From the NCBI GenBank assembly GCA_041739665.1, contig JBGSNK010000062.1, positions 18,063 to 82,062 on the forward strand: DNA of 64,000 bases. The letters are read 5' to 3'. The position numbers were made by a program, and so were the translations under genes. Of the stretch, positions 26,877 through 36,654 are shown in pieces (the stretch's first letter is position 1; every line of letters starts with the position of its first letter). The DNA is from Bdellovibrionales bacterium. Its GTDB lineage: Bacteria > Bdellovibrionota > Bdellovibrionia > Bdellovibrionales > JAGQZY01. The notes below the pieces were generated by a model that ran no database searches, was not told the origin of the DNA, and was given only the letters and a program-made list of their open reading frames with translations.

Positions 26877-28574
26877 ATGCCAAACAAACTTGGGTCTGCG
26901 AATTTGTTGCTGACCGTTCTAAAAAAACAAGTCAAGCTTTTCATCTTAATTTGTTTAGCACTTATTCAGACTTATTTTCTTTTGCAATTCATTGGTTACA
27001 ATAAAAACACTCTTAGCAAAAAAACAGATTGGGCGAGTGTGAAGTTGATCCAACAACTTGCAACAATGGGCGCTCCTAATTTTATGCTCACTCGCAATGG
27101 TTTGTTCCAGAACCAGCTTCATCTTGGAGCTTGGCATGGTTATCAATTTTTAGCTTTAACCCAAGAACAAAGTCCCGAAGAAATCTCATTTGATTTCTTT
27201 TTGCCAGATGCGGGAAAACTCTATTTTATGTTTAACATAAATAATAACCAGATGATGGGCCTTAAACTTACCCCCCCCACGGGTGGACTTGGCTTTTTTT
27301 TTAAAGGGAATGTTAAAAAAGGTTTTCAGTCTAAGGAATATACAGACCTATTGTTGACTAAAGGGTGGCATCATTTTCTGATAAAAAACGGTATCTCTCG
27401 CAGCGAAGTCGTTCTTGATGGTGTGAAGTCCAACTATCCTTTTCCTCCCCTGGTGAACAACCAATCTATTGCCTTTCAAGGTGGCTTGCAAGATGTGGTC
27501 ATCGACAACTTTAAAATCAAAGATCAATATTCTGTCGTAATCGACGAGGATTTCTCTTATCAGTGGGCGCTTCTTCCTATAGCTCTTATCTTTTTTATCT
27601 GCCTAGGTTTACAGATATTCGCTGGGGGAGTTTTCTCACAAAAAACTAAAATAATTGCTTTTCGCCTTATTCTTTTCAATTTCGTTTTTTATTTCTGCCT
27701 CGTACCTTTATATCTGTTTGATTATTTTTATTGGTCCAAAACTTATCATTACGACACCTATGTACCTGACCGCAAGACGAGCTTACAAAGTGAAAAGGGG
27801 ATTGAACGTTGGCGCCAATGGTTATTCTTCGAAATGATTAGACCTGAAACATACAAGAAAATCGCTTTTGACAAACTCCTTGAATCCTTTCTAAAAGAAT
27901 TCACCGACTGGGACGGAACATCCCATTTTGAGGTCAACGTCGTCACTCAGATTGAGGGTGCTGAAAACGTCAAGATTACACAAATTCCGACCCAAAAGTT
28001 TCAAGCAGGGCTCAAAAAAGAAAACGAGTTTCGTATAGGCTTCTTAGGGACTTCACAAACTTATGGAAAAGGTGCTAGTCGTCTGGAACAAACAATGGTG
28101 GCAGAAGTTCATATGGAACTCGTCAAAACGCGACCAAAAAAGAGAATTACAACATATAACTTTTCAGAGGCAGGTCTAACTAGCTCAGAACTTCTTCAAC
28201 AGTTTAAAGACAAGATCGACTCATCTCAACTTGATGTCCTTGTTACCAACCTCGGCTTTAATGATCCAGATCCTGATTTGCTTAAGAAAAATATAATGAC
28301 TATTCAGCAACACTTCTCAAAGAGGGGTACTCGAACTCTTTTTCTAAGCGAGCCGACGAGTGAAGACTCGGTGAGCTTGCACCATCGCATTAATATAATG
28401 GTTTTATCCCACCTTTCTTCAGAAGGGAAAATTGAATTCTGGGATCTTGCCGAACACATGAAATCAGAAAAAGACTCTGGCTTACTCTGGTGGGACCATG
28501 TTCATATGACTAGCCTTGGTCAAAAGAACGTCGCCCTCTGGCTAACCCAAAAACTTTCGCCCTTGATAAAATAA
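26877..28574 (+). CDS. Multi-pass membrane protein with C-terminal SGNH/GDSL-type hydrolase domain
   Basis: 565 aa. It has an N-terminal TM, a ~190-aa extracytoplasmic beta-rich domain and 3 further TM helices. SGNH blocks follow: GFLGTSQTYG (block I, Ser), NLGFNDPD (block III) and WWDHVHMT (block V, D..H). Confidence 0.65.
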   Translation: MPNKLGSANLLLTVLKKQVKLFILICLALIQTYFLLQFIGYNKNTLSKKTDWASVKLIQQLATMGAPNFMLTRNGLFQNQLHLGAWHGYQFLALTQEQSPEEISFDFFLPDAGKLYFMFNINNNQMMGLKLTPPTGGLGFFFKGNVKKGFQSKEYTDLLLTKGWHHFLIKNGISRSEVVLDGVKSNYPFPPLVNNQSIAFQGGLQDVVIDNFKIKDQYSVVIDEDFSYQWALLPIALIFFICLGLQIFAGGVFSQKTKIIAFRLILFNFVFYFCLVPLYLFDYFYWSKTYHYDTYVPDRKTSLQSEKGIERWRQWLFFEMIRPETYKKIAFDKLLESFLKEFTDWDGTSHFEVNVVTQIEGAENVKITQIPTQKFQAGLKKENEFRIGFLGTSQTYGKGASRLEQTMVAEVHMELVKTRPKKRITTYNFSEAGLTSSELLQQFKDKIDSSQLDVLVTNLGFNDPDPDLLKKNIMTIQQHFSKRGTRTLFLSEPTSEDSVSLHHRINIMVLSHLSSEGKIEFWDLAEHMKSEKDSGLLWWDHVHMTSLGQKNVALWLTQKLSPLIK

Positions 28575-28618
28575 CTGACACCAGATACATATTTAAAAAT
28601 TAATACTGGAGGGCGTGT

Positions 28619-29503
28619 ATGCTCAGCAAAATCATTACACACAGCTACGATGAAGTTGTCGGAATGCTAATCTCTGATCAACAGACTTCAGTGTTTGAGG
28701 ATTATGATGAATTCAAGGTTCTTATTCTGAGAAGGATGAGTGTCAGTCACGAGAAGATTAATTTTATTCCCGAGGCCTTTGTTTTAAAAGAAAATAACAT
28801 TTATCATTTCAATCGAGAAAGTGAGCAACTTGAACTTCTCAACCATGAATTTCAAGATCTTTTAACCCATCTAGAAAAAATTTACCAACACAATCAAAAA
28901 ATTATTGTCAGTTATTCAACCCAGGTAGAAGAACTCGAAGATTATCTTTTTGCCCGCAACACACCCCGCTATTTTATGGACCTCTGGTTTGATCTAAAAA
29001 AAGATCTCTCACGTATAAAAAACTATTTTTTTCGCAACTCGGTCGTTTATCGCGAATTTTATAAGAACTCCCATGAATCTTTTAAGAACTTCTCAGACGA
29101 GTATAAAGACGTTGAAGAAAATATTGAGTTCCAAATATCGACAATTGATACTCTGGTCGGACGACTCGATGGCGTCTATAAGTATTTTGAATCAATTAAG
29201 GCAGATCGGCTGAACAAAACTTTACTTAGCCTGACAATGATTTCTGGAATTTTTCTGCCACTGAACCTTATTGTTGGTTTTTTTGGTATTAACACTCCCG
29301 CATTATTTTTTATGGAAGATCCTCAGGGATCCCGCAAAGTCCTGATCGTTCTTTTAGGAGTGCTGCTAACAATTTTGCTGGGGATCAAAGTCATTCAGCT
29401 GACCGATCGATACCTATTGCGCTTTATTCTGGGACGCTACAATTTTTATAAAAAATTAACCTCAAATATTGAAGAACTGGGGACTCGTTTACGGGGTCAA
29501 TAA
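28619..29503 (+). CDS. CorA-like divalent-cation transporter (GIN variant of the GMN motif)
   Basis: 294 aa with a cytoplasmic helical domain and two C-terminal TM helices. FLPLNLIVGFFGINTP aligns with the CorA F-P-L-T-x-I-x-G-x-Y-G-M-N signature. Confidence 0.7.
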   Translation: MLSKIITHSYDEVVGMLISDQQTSVFEDYDEFKVLILRRMSVSHEKINFIPEAFVLKENNIYHFNRESEQLELLNHEFQDLLTHLEKIYQHNQKIIVSYSTQVEELEDYLFARNTPRYFMDLWFDLKKDLSRIKNYFFRNSVVYREFYKNSHESFKNFSDEYKDVEENIEFQISTIDTLVGRLDGVYKYFESIKADRLNKTLLSLTMISGIFLPLNLIVGFFGINTPALFFMEDPQGSRKVLIVLLGVLLTILLGIKVIQLTDRYLLRFILGRYNFYKKLTSNIEELGTRLRGQ

Positions 29504-29507
29504 TAAG

Positions 29508-29732
29508 TTAAATGCGGCGGCTCCAAGAACCAGGGCTTGGATTGTGGGCCAATATTTTAAGCTTGACGGGTGAAAGGCTCACAACTTGTAAATTTAATTT
29601 CATACCTGCATGAAATTTTGTCGTGGTGGTATTTTTGACCTGAAAAAGATGACCTTGATAACTGACGATCCAATGATCTTTTTCCACACATTCAATCAAT
29701 CTGGCAGTGAATCGGTCACCTTTTGCTAGCAT
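29508..29732 (-). CDS. Hypothetical small protein (74 aa)
   Basis: ORF 4 nt downstream of the preceding gene on the same strand. No motif recognised. Confidence 0.35.
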   Translation of the reverse strand: MLAKGDRFTARLIECVEKDHWIVSYQGHLFQVKNTTTTKFHAGMKLNLQVVSLSPVKLKILAHNPSPGSWSRRI

Positions 29733-29736
29733 AGAT

Positions 29737-30414
29737 TTAACTGAGTTTGATACTGCGGAACTCAGACTTTTCTTTATGTTCTTGCACAGCCCTTTGAAAG
29801 TTTGAATAGGTTTTTTCTATGGACGGGGTTTCAATTGAAGGCATCTGTAAACTGCGAGCGAACATTTCATCATTGATATTCGCCGGCGGCTCGCCCCCTT
29901 GGGACTCATAAATGCATTTTTTCTTGTTTACCTTAACGATAAGCTCAACCTCTGCGCGCGGCAGCTCAAGTCGCTCTACAATCTGATTCACTCCAAGACC
30001 TTGATGTGCCAAACGTGCCGCTTGAATATATTTGCTTTCTATTTTCTTTTCGATAATTTGGTCGGTGGTTATTTCTTGGCATAATTTCTCTGCCATTTTT
30101 TGCCCTTCTTGTATGGAGCGCCCCACTTCATTGATGTGCTGATTGACTTGATTCATGGTCCCGCGCACTTCTCCAAGTTTTTTATCAAGCAAGGTCATCA
30201 ACTGCTTCACTTGGGTTTCGGTATGGTCGGATAAGTCTTCAAGAATTGAAATTTTACTTTGTAAGAGTCGAAGCCCTTGGGTCAGCCTCGGGTCGTCTTC
30301 CTGTTTTCGAAAAACTTTGACAAGACAAATACTTAAAGTACCTAGTAAGAAGATATTGATTACAATTTGAAGCAAAAACCATAGCGACACATCATCATCC
30401 TTGATAAAGTCCAA
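29737..30414 (-). CDS. Hypothetical membrane-anchored coiled-coil protein
   Basis: N-terminal TM (LWFLLQIVINIFLLGTLSICLV), a coiled coil, then a helix-turn-helix-like piece (AARLAHQGLGVNQIVERLELPRAEVELIV). The start is uncertain: a TTG at 30414, or a GTG at 30390 preceded by AAGGA. Confidence 0.45.
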   Translation of the reverse strand: MDFIKDDDVSLWFLLQIVINIFLLGTLSICLVKVFRKQEDDPRLTQGLRLLQSKISILEDLSDHTETQVKQLMTLLDKKLGEVRGTMNQVNQHINEVGRSIQEGQKMAEKLCQEITTDQIIEKKIESKYIQAARLAHQGLGVNQIVERLELPRAEVELIVKVNKKKCIYESQGGEPPANINDEMFARSLQMPSIETPSIEKTYSNFQRAVQEHKEKSEFRSIKLS

Positions 30415-30490
30415 GCTCTATTGTAGTGGCAAATGTCGCACTATGTCTATAGGTTACAAGCCCTTATAAGACCTGAGACTGTGACAAACT

Positions 30491-31687
30491 CTAGGAAAGT
30501 TCGCTGTGGAACTGGACCAACCTCTGGGCCGCTCTCATTAAGTCCTTTTTACTGGCAGCAAAACTCAGGCGAAGATAGCCCTCAAGCCCAAACTCCATAC
30601 CCGGTACAACTGCTAACATCTGATCTTCAAGAAGTTTTTCTGCCACCTGACGACAGTCCTTAAGCACTTCACCACGATAAGTTTTACCTAACCAATCTGT
30701 TAACCCCACCCACAAATAGAAGGCACCCTGGGGGGCAAAGGACTTAAGGCCCGGAATATCGTCTATGAGCTTGGTGAAGTAGTTCTTTCTTTCTATTAAA
30801 AAAACAAGGCTCTCTTTGACTTCATCACAACAGCCTTCGATAGCAACCACAGAAGCCCATTGTGAAATAGAGCTAGGTGCACCAGTAGTCTGACTCTGAT
30901 AATTGCCCATAGCCTTAATAACTTCTTGAGGACCGACCGCCCAACCAATTCTCCAGCCAGTCATAGAGTAAGCCTTCGAAACACCATTGATGGAAATACA
31001 CCGATCAAACAAATGGGGAGCGACGTTTAAAATATGGGGACTTAAACCCTTTGGGTTAAAAGAGAGCTGGTTATAAATATCATCACTGAGAATTACAACA
31101 TTAGGATTCACATCCAAAACTTGAGCTAAGGATTTAAGCTCTTCAAGGCTGTACTCGGCCCCGGTTGGATTACTGGGAGAGTTGAGCAAAAGAGCCTTAG
31201 TTTTGGGTGTGATCGCACTTTGCAATTGCTTGGCGGATATTTTAAATTGCTGGTCAAAACTGCAAGTCACTATTTTAGGAACCCCTTGGGCCAACTCCAC
31301 CATGGTGGGATAACTGACCCAATAAGGACTTGGTACAATCACCTCATCACCGGGATCGAGAATCGCATTGAGAGCTGCAAAAATAACAAACTTGGCTCCA
31401 CTGGCGACCGTGATATGCTGCTCTTGAACTTCTAAGCCCAACTGGGTAGATGTTAGGCCCGCAATCGCCCTTTTAAGTTCAGAGATGCCAGAGGCCGGCG
31501 TGTATGTTGTTTTATTGTCTTGGATTGCCTGTATGCCAGCCTGCTTCGCCTTATCGTAAGTGGGCCAATCGGGCTCACCAACAGTCAGAGAAACAACATC
31601 GTGACCTTGGCTTTTTAAGTTCTTAGCCTTCGCTGCAAGAGCTAGCGTGGGTGAAGGTTTTAAACTCTTAATTTGCCGCGATAACAT
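30491..31687 (-). CDS. PLP-dependent aminotransferase class I (aspartate aminotransferase-like)
   Basis: 398 aa with NPSNPTG and the PLP-lysine region GVSKAYSMTGWRIGW. Confidence 0.85.
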   Translation of the reverse strand: MLSRQIKSLKPSPTLALAAKAKNLKSQGHDVVSLTVGEPDWPTYDKAKQAGIQAIQDNKTTYTPASGISELKRAIAGLTSTQLGLEVQEQHITVASGAKFVIFAALNAILDPGDEVIVPSPYWVSYPTMVELAQGVPKIVTCSFDQQFKISAKQLQSAITPKTKALLLNSPSNPTGAEYSLEELKSLAQVLDVNPNVVILSDDIYNQLSFNPKGLSPHILNVAPHLFDRCISINGVSKAYSMTGWRIGWAVGPQEVIKAMGNYQSQTTGAPSSISQWASVVAIEGCCDEVKESLVFLIERKNYFTKLIDDIPGLKSFAPQGAFYLWVGLTDWLGKTYRGEVLKDCRQVAEKLLEDQMLAVVPGMEFGLEGYLRLSFAASKKDLMRAAQRLVQFHSELS

Positions 31688-31739
31688 GAAAACTCCTTTG
31701 AGGACTCGTTACAAACCATAACAATATTTTTCTGAATAA

Positions 31740-32282
31740 TTAACCAAATACATAGTGCGATAAATATTTATCTCCAAACGCTTTATGAGATTTTTGCCGC
31801 AAGGGAGGGTAATTCTGCAACACACTCTCTTGAGTTGAAGACTCTATAAAAACTTCACTATGTGGAAGAAAAACGTCGGACTTGGAAAGAGCCTCGAGAA
31901 CACTATGGGCCATTTTCTTAGTAAAGGGAGGGTCGATGAAAATAACGTCATACTTTTGATGGCCATTTTTTAAGAATTTTAAGACGTCTTGTAAATGAAT
32001 GGTCAATTCATTGCCAACTCCGAGGATTTTTTTATTTTTATTTATTATCGCAACAGAGGCTTTTGACATTTCAACGGAATCAACACTTGTGGCCCCGCGA
32101 GAGAGGGCTTCAAAAGACAGGTTGCCGGTGCCAGCAAATAGATCCAAGACTCGGGCCCCTTCAAGACCACCTTGCAGCTTATTAAAAAGACTTTCTTTCA
32201 CCCGATCTGTCGTTGGGCGAATATGATCGGCCTTGAATGTGGAGAGTCGACGACCTCCATATTTTCCCGCAATGATTCTCAA
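31740..32282 (-). CDS. rsmD: 16S rRNA (guanine966-N2)-methyltransferase RsmD
   Basis: 180 aa with a TTG start overlapping the response-regulator stop (TTGA). Motifs RIIAGKYGGRRL, RPTTDRVKESLFN, LDLFAGTGNL and FIDPPF are present. Confidence 0.85.
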   Translation of the reverse strand: MRIIAGKYGGRRLSTFKADHIRPTTDRVKESLFNKLQGGLEGARVLDLFAGTGNLSFEALSRGATSVDSVEMSKASVAIINKNKKILGVGNELTIHLQDVLKFLKNGHQKYDVIFIDPPFTKKMAHSVLEALSKSDVFLPHSEVFIESSTQESVLQNYPPLRQKSHKAFGDKYLSHYVFG

Positions 32283-32644
32283 AGTTTTTTCTTCTCCACT
32301 AGATCCTCGAGAGATTGCACCAGTCCAGATAAGCTGTCAAAAGGCTTCTCTATAAAAAGATCGGCTCCCAAGGACTTTGCCATTTCAGGATTATAGTCAC
32401 CTGTATAGGCCGAGATGAGGATAATAGGTGTGCCTTCGCGAGCTCCAACCTCGGAGATGACCTCTGGGCCAGTGAAGCCTGGCATAAGAACATCTAAAAT
32501 GACGGCATCAGGTTTCTCGGCTAGCCACAGAGTTACGGCCTGTTTGCCATCCTCCGCGAGAATAACATTGTGTCCTTGGCGCTGCAAAATCTTTTGTAAC
32601 GATCTGCGAATCAAGGGTTCGTCGTCGGCAACAAGAATTTTCAT
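32279..32644 (-). CDS. Single-domain response regulator (CheY-like receiver)
   Basis: 121 aa with VADDEP, ILDVLMPG and FIEKPF. It overlaps the kinase stop. Confidence 0.85.
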   Translation of the reverse strand: MKILVADDEPLIRRSLQKILQRQGHNVILAEDGKQAVTLWLAEKPDAVILDVLMPGFTGPEVISEVGAREGTPIILISAYTGDYNPEMAKSLGADLFIEKPFDSLSGLVQSLEDLVEKKKL

Positions 32645-34662
32645 TTTTTCACCCTTGGTAAATGGATTAGAAATTCTGTTCCATCCTTATAATCTTCATT
32701 GAGAAAAAGTTGGCCACCAAATCGATTGACAATTGTACGCGACATACTAAGTCCCAAGCCAGTGCCCTTGCCATCATCTTTAGTTGTAAAGAAAGGTTCA
32801 AAGATTTGTTCTTTAATCGCATCAGGTATTCCGCTGCCAGTATCGCGAACTCCAACTTCCACTATATCTTTCTTAGCCTTAACCCACACCTTCAGCTTAT
32901 CTCCATCAGACATAGCCTGACAGGCATTGTTTACTAAATTAAAAATAACCTGTTGCAACAACTGGGGGGCACCTTCAACAAACAAAGGTGATTCTGCAAG
33001 AGTCACATCCGCGTTAATAGTACGCATTGAGACTTTAAGGAGTGGAAGGGTTTTAGCTACCAGCTCGTTCATATCGATATGTCGAACCCGAGCATCTGAC
33101 CCCAAATTGGAAAAATCGAGAAGGTCTTTAATGATTCTCTGACAACGTTCGGCTGCATCTTTGATCTCTTTAAGATCTTTGTAAGTATTTGTATCTTTAT
33201 CAAAATCCACCAAGAGCAATTCGCTTAAAGAATGGATACCCGTAAGTGGATTGTTTAATTCATGGGCTATATTACCAGCCAACAGTCCAACAGCTGCCAT
33301 TTTTTCACCCTGTATAACTTGACTGCGCAAATCGACACTGGCACTCACATCAACGTATTGATTGATAACGTGCGAAACCGTACCTCCACCATCCAATAAA
33401 ATTGGATAAGAGTGGACACTAAATATTTTCCCATCAATCGAGATATCAGAAGTCTTAGGCTCATGATTATTGAAAACATTTACTATTGGGCAATCATTGC
33501 ACGGCTTAGTGCGTTTTGCGAAAACCTCATAGCATAGACTTTTTGATTTCTTGTGAAAATCAGCGTTAGAAAGACTAATTTGATAGTTCTGGTTGACAAT
33601 TAGAATTGGGTCTTCCATTTGATTAAAGGTTTTAGCCCATTGACGAGCGATAGCCTGTAAGCTTTCTTTTAACAGAATATTTTCCAAAGCCATATTGACA
33701 ATAGATACATGTTCGAGAGAAAAATTTTTGAAATCCTTTTGCGCTGACTCGTTAAAGGAATGCTCAAAAACAAGAAGCGCTTTCACCGACTCTAGTTCAG
33801 CTGATTGAAAAACCAATGGCTCGACAATGACAGAGCCAAAAGGGCGTCCAAAAATATTACTGAGGTCATGTCTTAACTTATTTGAATCATGGTTATCAAT
33901 AACATCAGCGAAATGTGAGGAAAGTTTTACTGTTTTCTCAACAAGCTGTCTTCCCTGGAAATAATGAATTCGTTTGTCATTCTCACTTTTTATTATAATT
34001 AAGATAGGCGGCATACTGCTCTGAAATCTTTTAAATTCATTACTTAGATTCGTCAAAAGATCTTCAAGCCCGTTGGAGCTAGATATTTTTTTTATAAAGT
34101 TCAAAATCTGTTGAATTTTCCTTAACGAATTTTCAGCCTGTTGATTTGCCTGAAATTCATTAATGGTTCTTTGATGAACTAGATCTTCCAGGTTTTGATT
34201 TAAGCTCTCTAATTTCTGATTTTGAACTTTAAGCAGCTTTAAATTTTCGATATAGGATTTTCGTTTTACGTTCTCGACCAACGCCTCTTGCAGACTTTTT
34301 TTAAGCTGCATTTTATCGCTGATAATTGTATAAATATCGAACTCATTAATAAGTTTGGAAAGCTGGTTGACCGATAAGTCTTTGGCTTTCAATAAAACTG
34401 GAATCGAAGGCCATTTTGTTCGAAGATTGTCCTGTATAGAGAGAAAATCAGAAAAATCGTCTCCGGTCAGATCTATAAGAATTACCTGAGTTTCGGGGCC
34501 CACCATTGACAAAAGCACCTGGTTACTCGAACAAAAATGAGTGGTGACTCCAACATCAAAAGCATCGGCGAGCTTGTCTCTTTCGTCCACAGAAATACCC
34601 GAAATGAGAATAGCTGGGCTTTTAGTTAAATGAGTCTGTTGTTTTTCAAGCATCAACCCCAT
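32641..34662 (-). CDS. Cytoplasmic sensor histidine kinase (receiver-like N-terminus, coiled coil, PAS with Cys motif, HisKA, HATPase)
   Basis: 673 aa with no TM segment. The N-terminal ~120 aa is receiver-like (AILISG...VILIDLTGDD...PVLLKAK). The PAS region carries CYEVFAKRTKPCNDCP. The H-box is IAHELNNPLTGI, and the G-boxes are RDTGSGI and GTGLGLS. Confidence 0.85.
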   Translation of the reverse strand: MGLMLEKQQTHLTKSPAILISGISVDERDKLADAFDVGVTTHFCSSNQVLLSMVGPETQVILIDLTGDDFSDFLSIQDNLRTKWPSIPVLLKAKDLSVNQLSKLINEFDIYTIISDKMQLKKSLQEALVENVKRKSYIENLKLLKVQNQKLESLNQNLEDLVHQRTINEFQANQQAENSLRKIQQILNFIKKISSSNGLEDLLTNLSNEFKRFQSSMPPILIIIKSENDKRIHYFQGRQLVEKTVKLSSHFADVIDNHDSNKLRHDLSNIFGRPFGSVIVEPLVFQSAELESVKALLVFEHSFNESAQKDFKNFSLEHVSIVNMALENILLKESLQAIARQWAKTFNQMEDPILIVNQNYQISLSNADFHKKSKSLCYEVFAKRTKPCNDCPIVNVFNNHEPKTSDISIDGKIFSVHSYPILLDGGGTVSHVINQYVDVSASVDLRSQVIQGEKMAAVGLLAGNIAHELNNPLTGIHSLSELLLVDFDKDTNTYKDLKEIKDAAERCQRIIKDLLDFSNLGSDARVRHIDMNELVAKTLPLLKVSMRTINADVTLAESPLFVEGAPQLLQQVIFNLVNNACQAMSDGDKLKVWVKAKKDIVEVGVRDTGSGIPDAIKEQIFEPFFTTKDDGKGTGLGLSMSRTIVNRFGGQLFLNEDYKDGTEFLIHLPRVKK

Positions 34663-35317
34663 TATTGCTATTTTCGTTTGTATTATTCAAACGAAAAGTA
34701 CCACTTAGCTGGGTATTCTCTAAGAGTTCTTTTTCTAAGGCCTCTTCCCAGCAGTCCAGTGCATGAATCAGATCGTATTCAATAAAATCACTTAAAAAGG
34801 TGGTCTCGCTATAGCGTCGACTTTGCAAGATCACCTGTAAGATATTGGTCAATTCTTTTTCAGACTCGAGCCAAAGGGAGTGGTGACGGATATGAAAACG
34901 GCCCGTGGTGTGAGAGTAAAATATCTCTTCTAGGGCATCGATAACTCCACGGCACTGAATCATCAGATACTTCACTTTCTCATCGTCTACACTGTTTGCT
35001 TGTCTAAATTCTCTTGAAAAACGTATTGCTCGGATCTGTATATCTTGGATAGCTGCAATTATATTTGTAATCGAGTGACTCACGATTTCAGATATGGTTC
35101 CCATTTCAACACGAAGGCTCTCTATTTCATTTATAGATAATGAATCTAGTAAGTTTTCTTCATCTTGATCCATCAGCCTTTCATTCATATAAATTTTAAC
35201 GATATACAACTTATTATTTTCACCTTCAGCTTCGATAGTCGAAAGAAGTTGGCCGAAATTTCGGCATTTTTGGAAAATTGCCGGGTAGGTGTTTCTATTC
35301 ACCAAGATGGTTTTCAT
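34646..35317 (-). CDS. Hypothetical protein (223 aa), orphan
   Basis: The ATG is preceded by AAGGAG 6 nt upstream. There is an ATGA overlap with the upstream gene and an overlap with the kinase start. Predicted helical, no motif recognised. Confidence 0.55.
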   Translation of the reverse strand: MKTILVNRNTYPAIFQKCRNFGQLLSTIEAEGENNKLYIVKIYMNERLMDQDEENLLDSLSINEIESLRVEMGTISEIVSHSITNIIAAIQDIQIRAIRFSREFRQANSVDDEKVKYLMIQCRGVIDALEEIFYSHTTGRFHIRHHSLWLESEKELTNILQVILQSRRYSETTFLSDFIEYDLIHALDCWEEALEKELLENTQLSGTFRLNNTNENSNNGVDA

Positions 35318-36654
35318 GCAGTCTCCTTGTGATTTCCTGAAAGTACGAGTTGGTCGTTCTCTTTATCAACTCGAACCAGAAAATCCAGAAATAAAACAAA
35401 TTGTTGCAAACACTGTGTTGAATCTAAAGGTTTATTTTGATTGTGAATTTTTTCAAAAATTGTCTCGGCAACCAAAAGACGATGATGGTCACTTCCTAGT
35501 CTTTGAAAAAGCCTTTCTCCTGATTTTAAGGATAAGATCATGCGCTCGACAATCAATATTATGAACTTCATTGAAAATGAAATTGAATAGGAATTGTGCT
35601 GATTGGCCCTGCGTAAGTCTTGCAGAATATGGTGAAATTCGCGTGTTTTAGTTATACCACGCCTCTGATTATAGATCTCTAAAACATGATGGCAATTGTC
35701 CAGATCTGTAGAGTAACTCATTAGATTACGCAGACCAACCCTGTCCTGCGCCTGCTCAACAACATGAATATCGATGCCCATATTTAACCACTGGAAAGAC
35801 AATTCTTGAAGCCGGTCCGCACGCCAATAATTAATAATATTTAAAAGCTCGACTAGATCAATTTCGGATTCAGACTGAATATGTAGATCTCCAGCAAAGA
35901 ACATCGATCTTTCAGCAGGCTGTGCATAGACTGCAACCTTATAGGAGCGGCTTGTTTGAATATAGACAGATTCGGAGTCAAAACAAAGAACTGGGTCAAC
36001 GGCTAAGTGAACCTCAGCTTCGCTGCGCTCAACTATGAAACCCTTTAGACCTATTTTTCTTAGCAAAGGCATATCGTCACTTCGACATATTATTTTCAGC
36101 CACTTAGGAAGTTGCTTATGATCAATATTAATCATCATATCTAAAAATTTTTGACTGATATCACCCATTTCATAGGGATCAACAAAAACCGATCTTGGCT
36201 CACTTTCTCTACTTAACAATGTGAGGGGTTCAATTTCCAAATTTTTATAAATCGCATTTATAACCTGTAATGATGAGTCGGGCTTATCGATATTGATTTT
36301 ATTATACTTTTCAATATTGCGACTATCAAAATAAGATCCAAGCCAGCGCCCCCAGTGCAACTCACCCACTGTGGTGACTTGCTTGATATCAAAATCATCA
36401 AGCTGAGCGAGAAGAGAATCTAAACTTTTTGATAACTCAGAGCCTGTCATACCTTTATAAATAGACTCTTTGTCTAAGCTAACAACCGCAGCTTCATTTC
36501 CTAAAAAAGGCTGCCAGCTCTTATCACACAAACAGACAACTTCTTTTTGCCAAAACTTAGCTCGAATTGCATCGAGCGCTTGCAGAACCGGCCCTGGTGC
36601 TATTCGAGAATCTAAGCAAATAACAAGATGTACCTGAGGGATCGTGGGGCGCAT
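35314..36654 (-). CDS. Hypothetical protein (446 aa), orphan
   Basis: The ATG immediately follows the TAG of the TPR gene. The N-terminus (VHLVICLDSRIAPGPVLQALDAIRAKF) is loosely Rossmann/GT-B-like. No confident family. Confidence 0.55.
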   Translation of the reverse strand: MRPTIPQVHLVICLDSRIAPGPVLQALDAIRAKFWQKEVVCLCDKSWQPFLGNEAAVVSLDKESIYKGMTGSELSKSLDSLLAQLDDFDIKQVTTVGELHWGRWLGSYFDSRNIEKYNKINIDKPDSSLQVINAIYKNLEIEPLTLLSRESEPRSVFVDPYEMGDISQKFLDMMINIDHKQLPKWLKIICRSDDMPLLRKIGLKGFIVERSEAEVHLAVDPVLCFDSESVYIQTSRSYKVAVYAQPAERSMFFAGDLHIQSESEIDLVELLNIINYWRADRLQELSFQWLNMGIDIHVVEQAQDRVGLRNLMSYSTDLDNCHHVLEIYNQRRGITKTREFHHILQDLRRANQHNSYSISFSMKFIILIVERMILSLKSGERLFQRLGSDHHRLLVAETIFEKIHNQNKPLDSTQCLQQFVLFLDFLVRVDKENDQLVLSGNHKETA

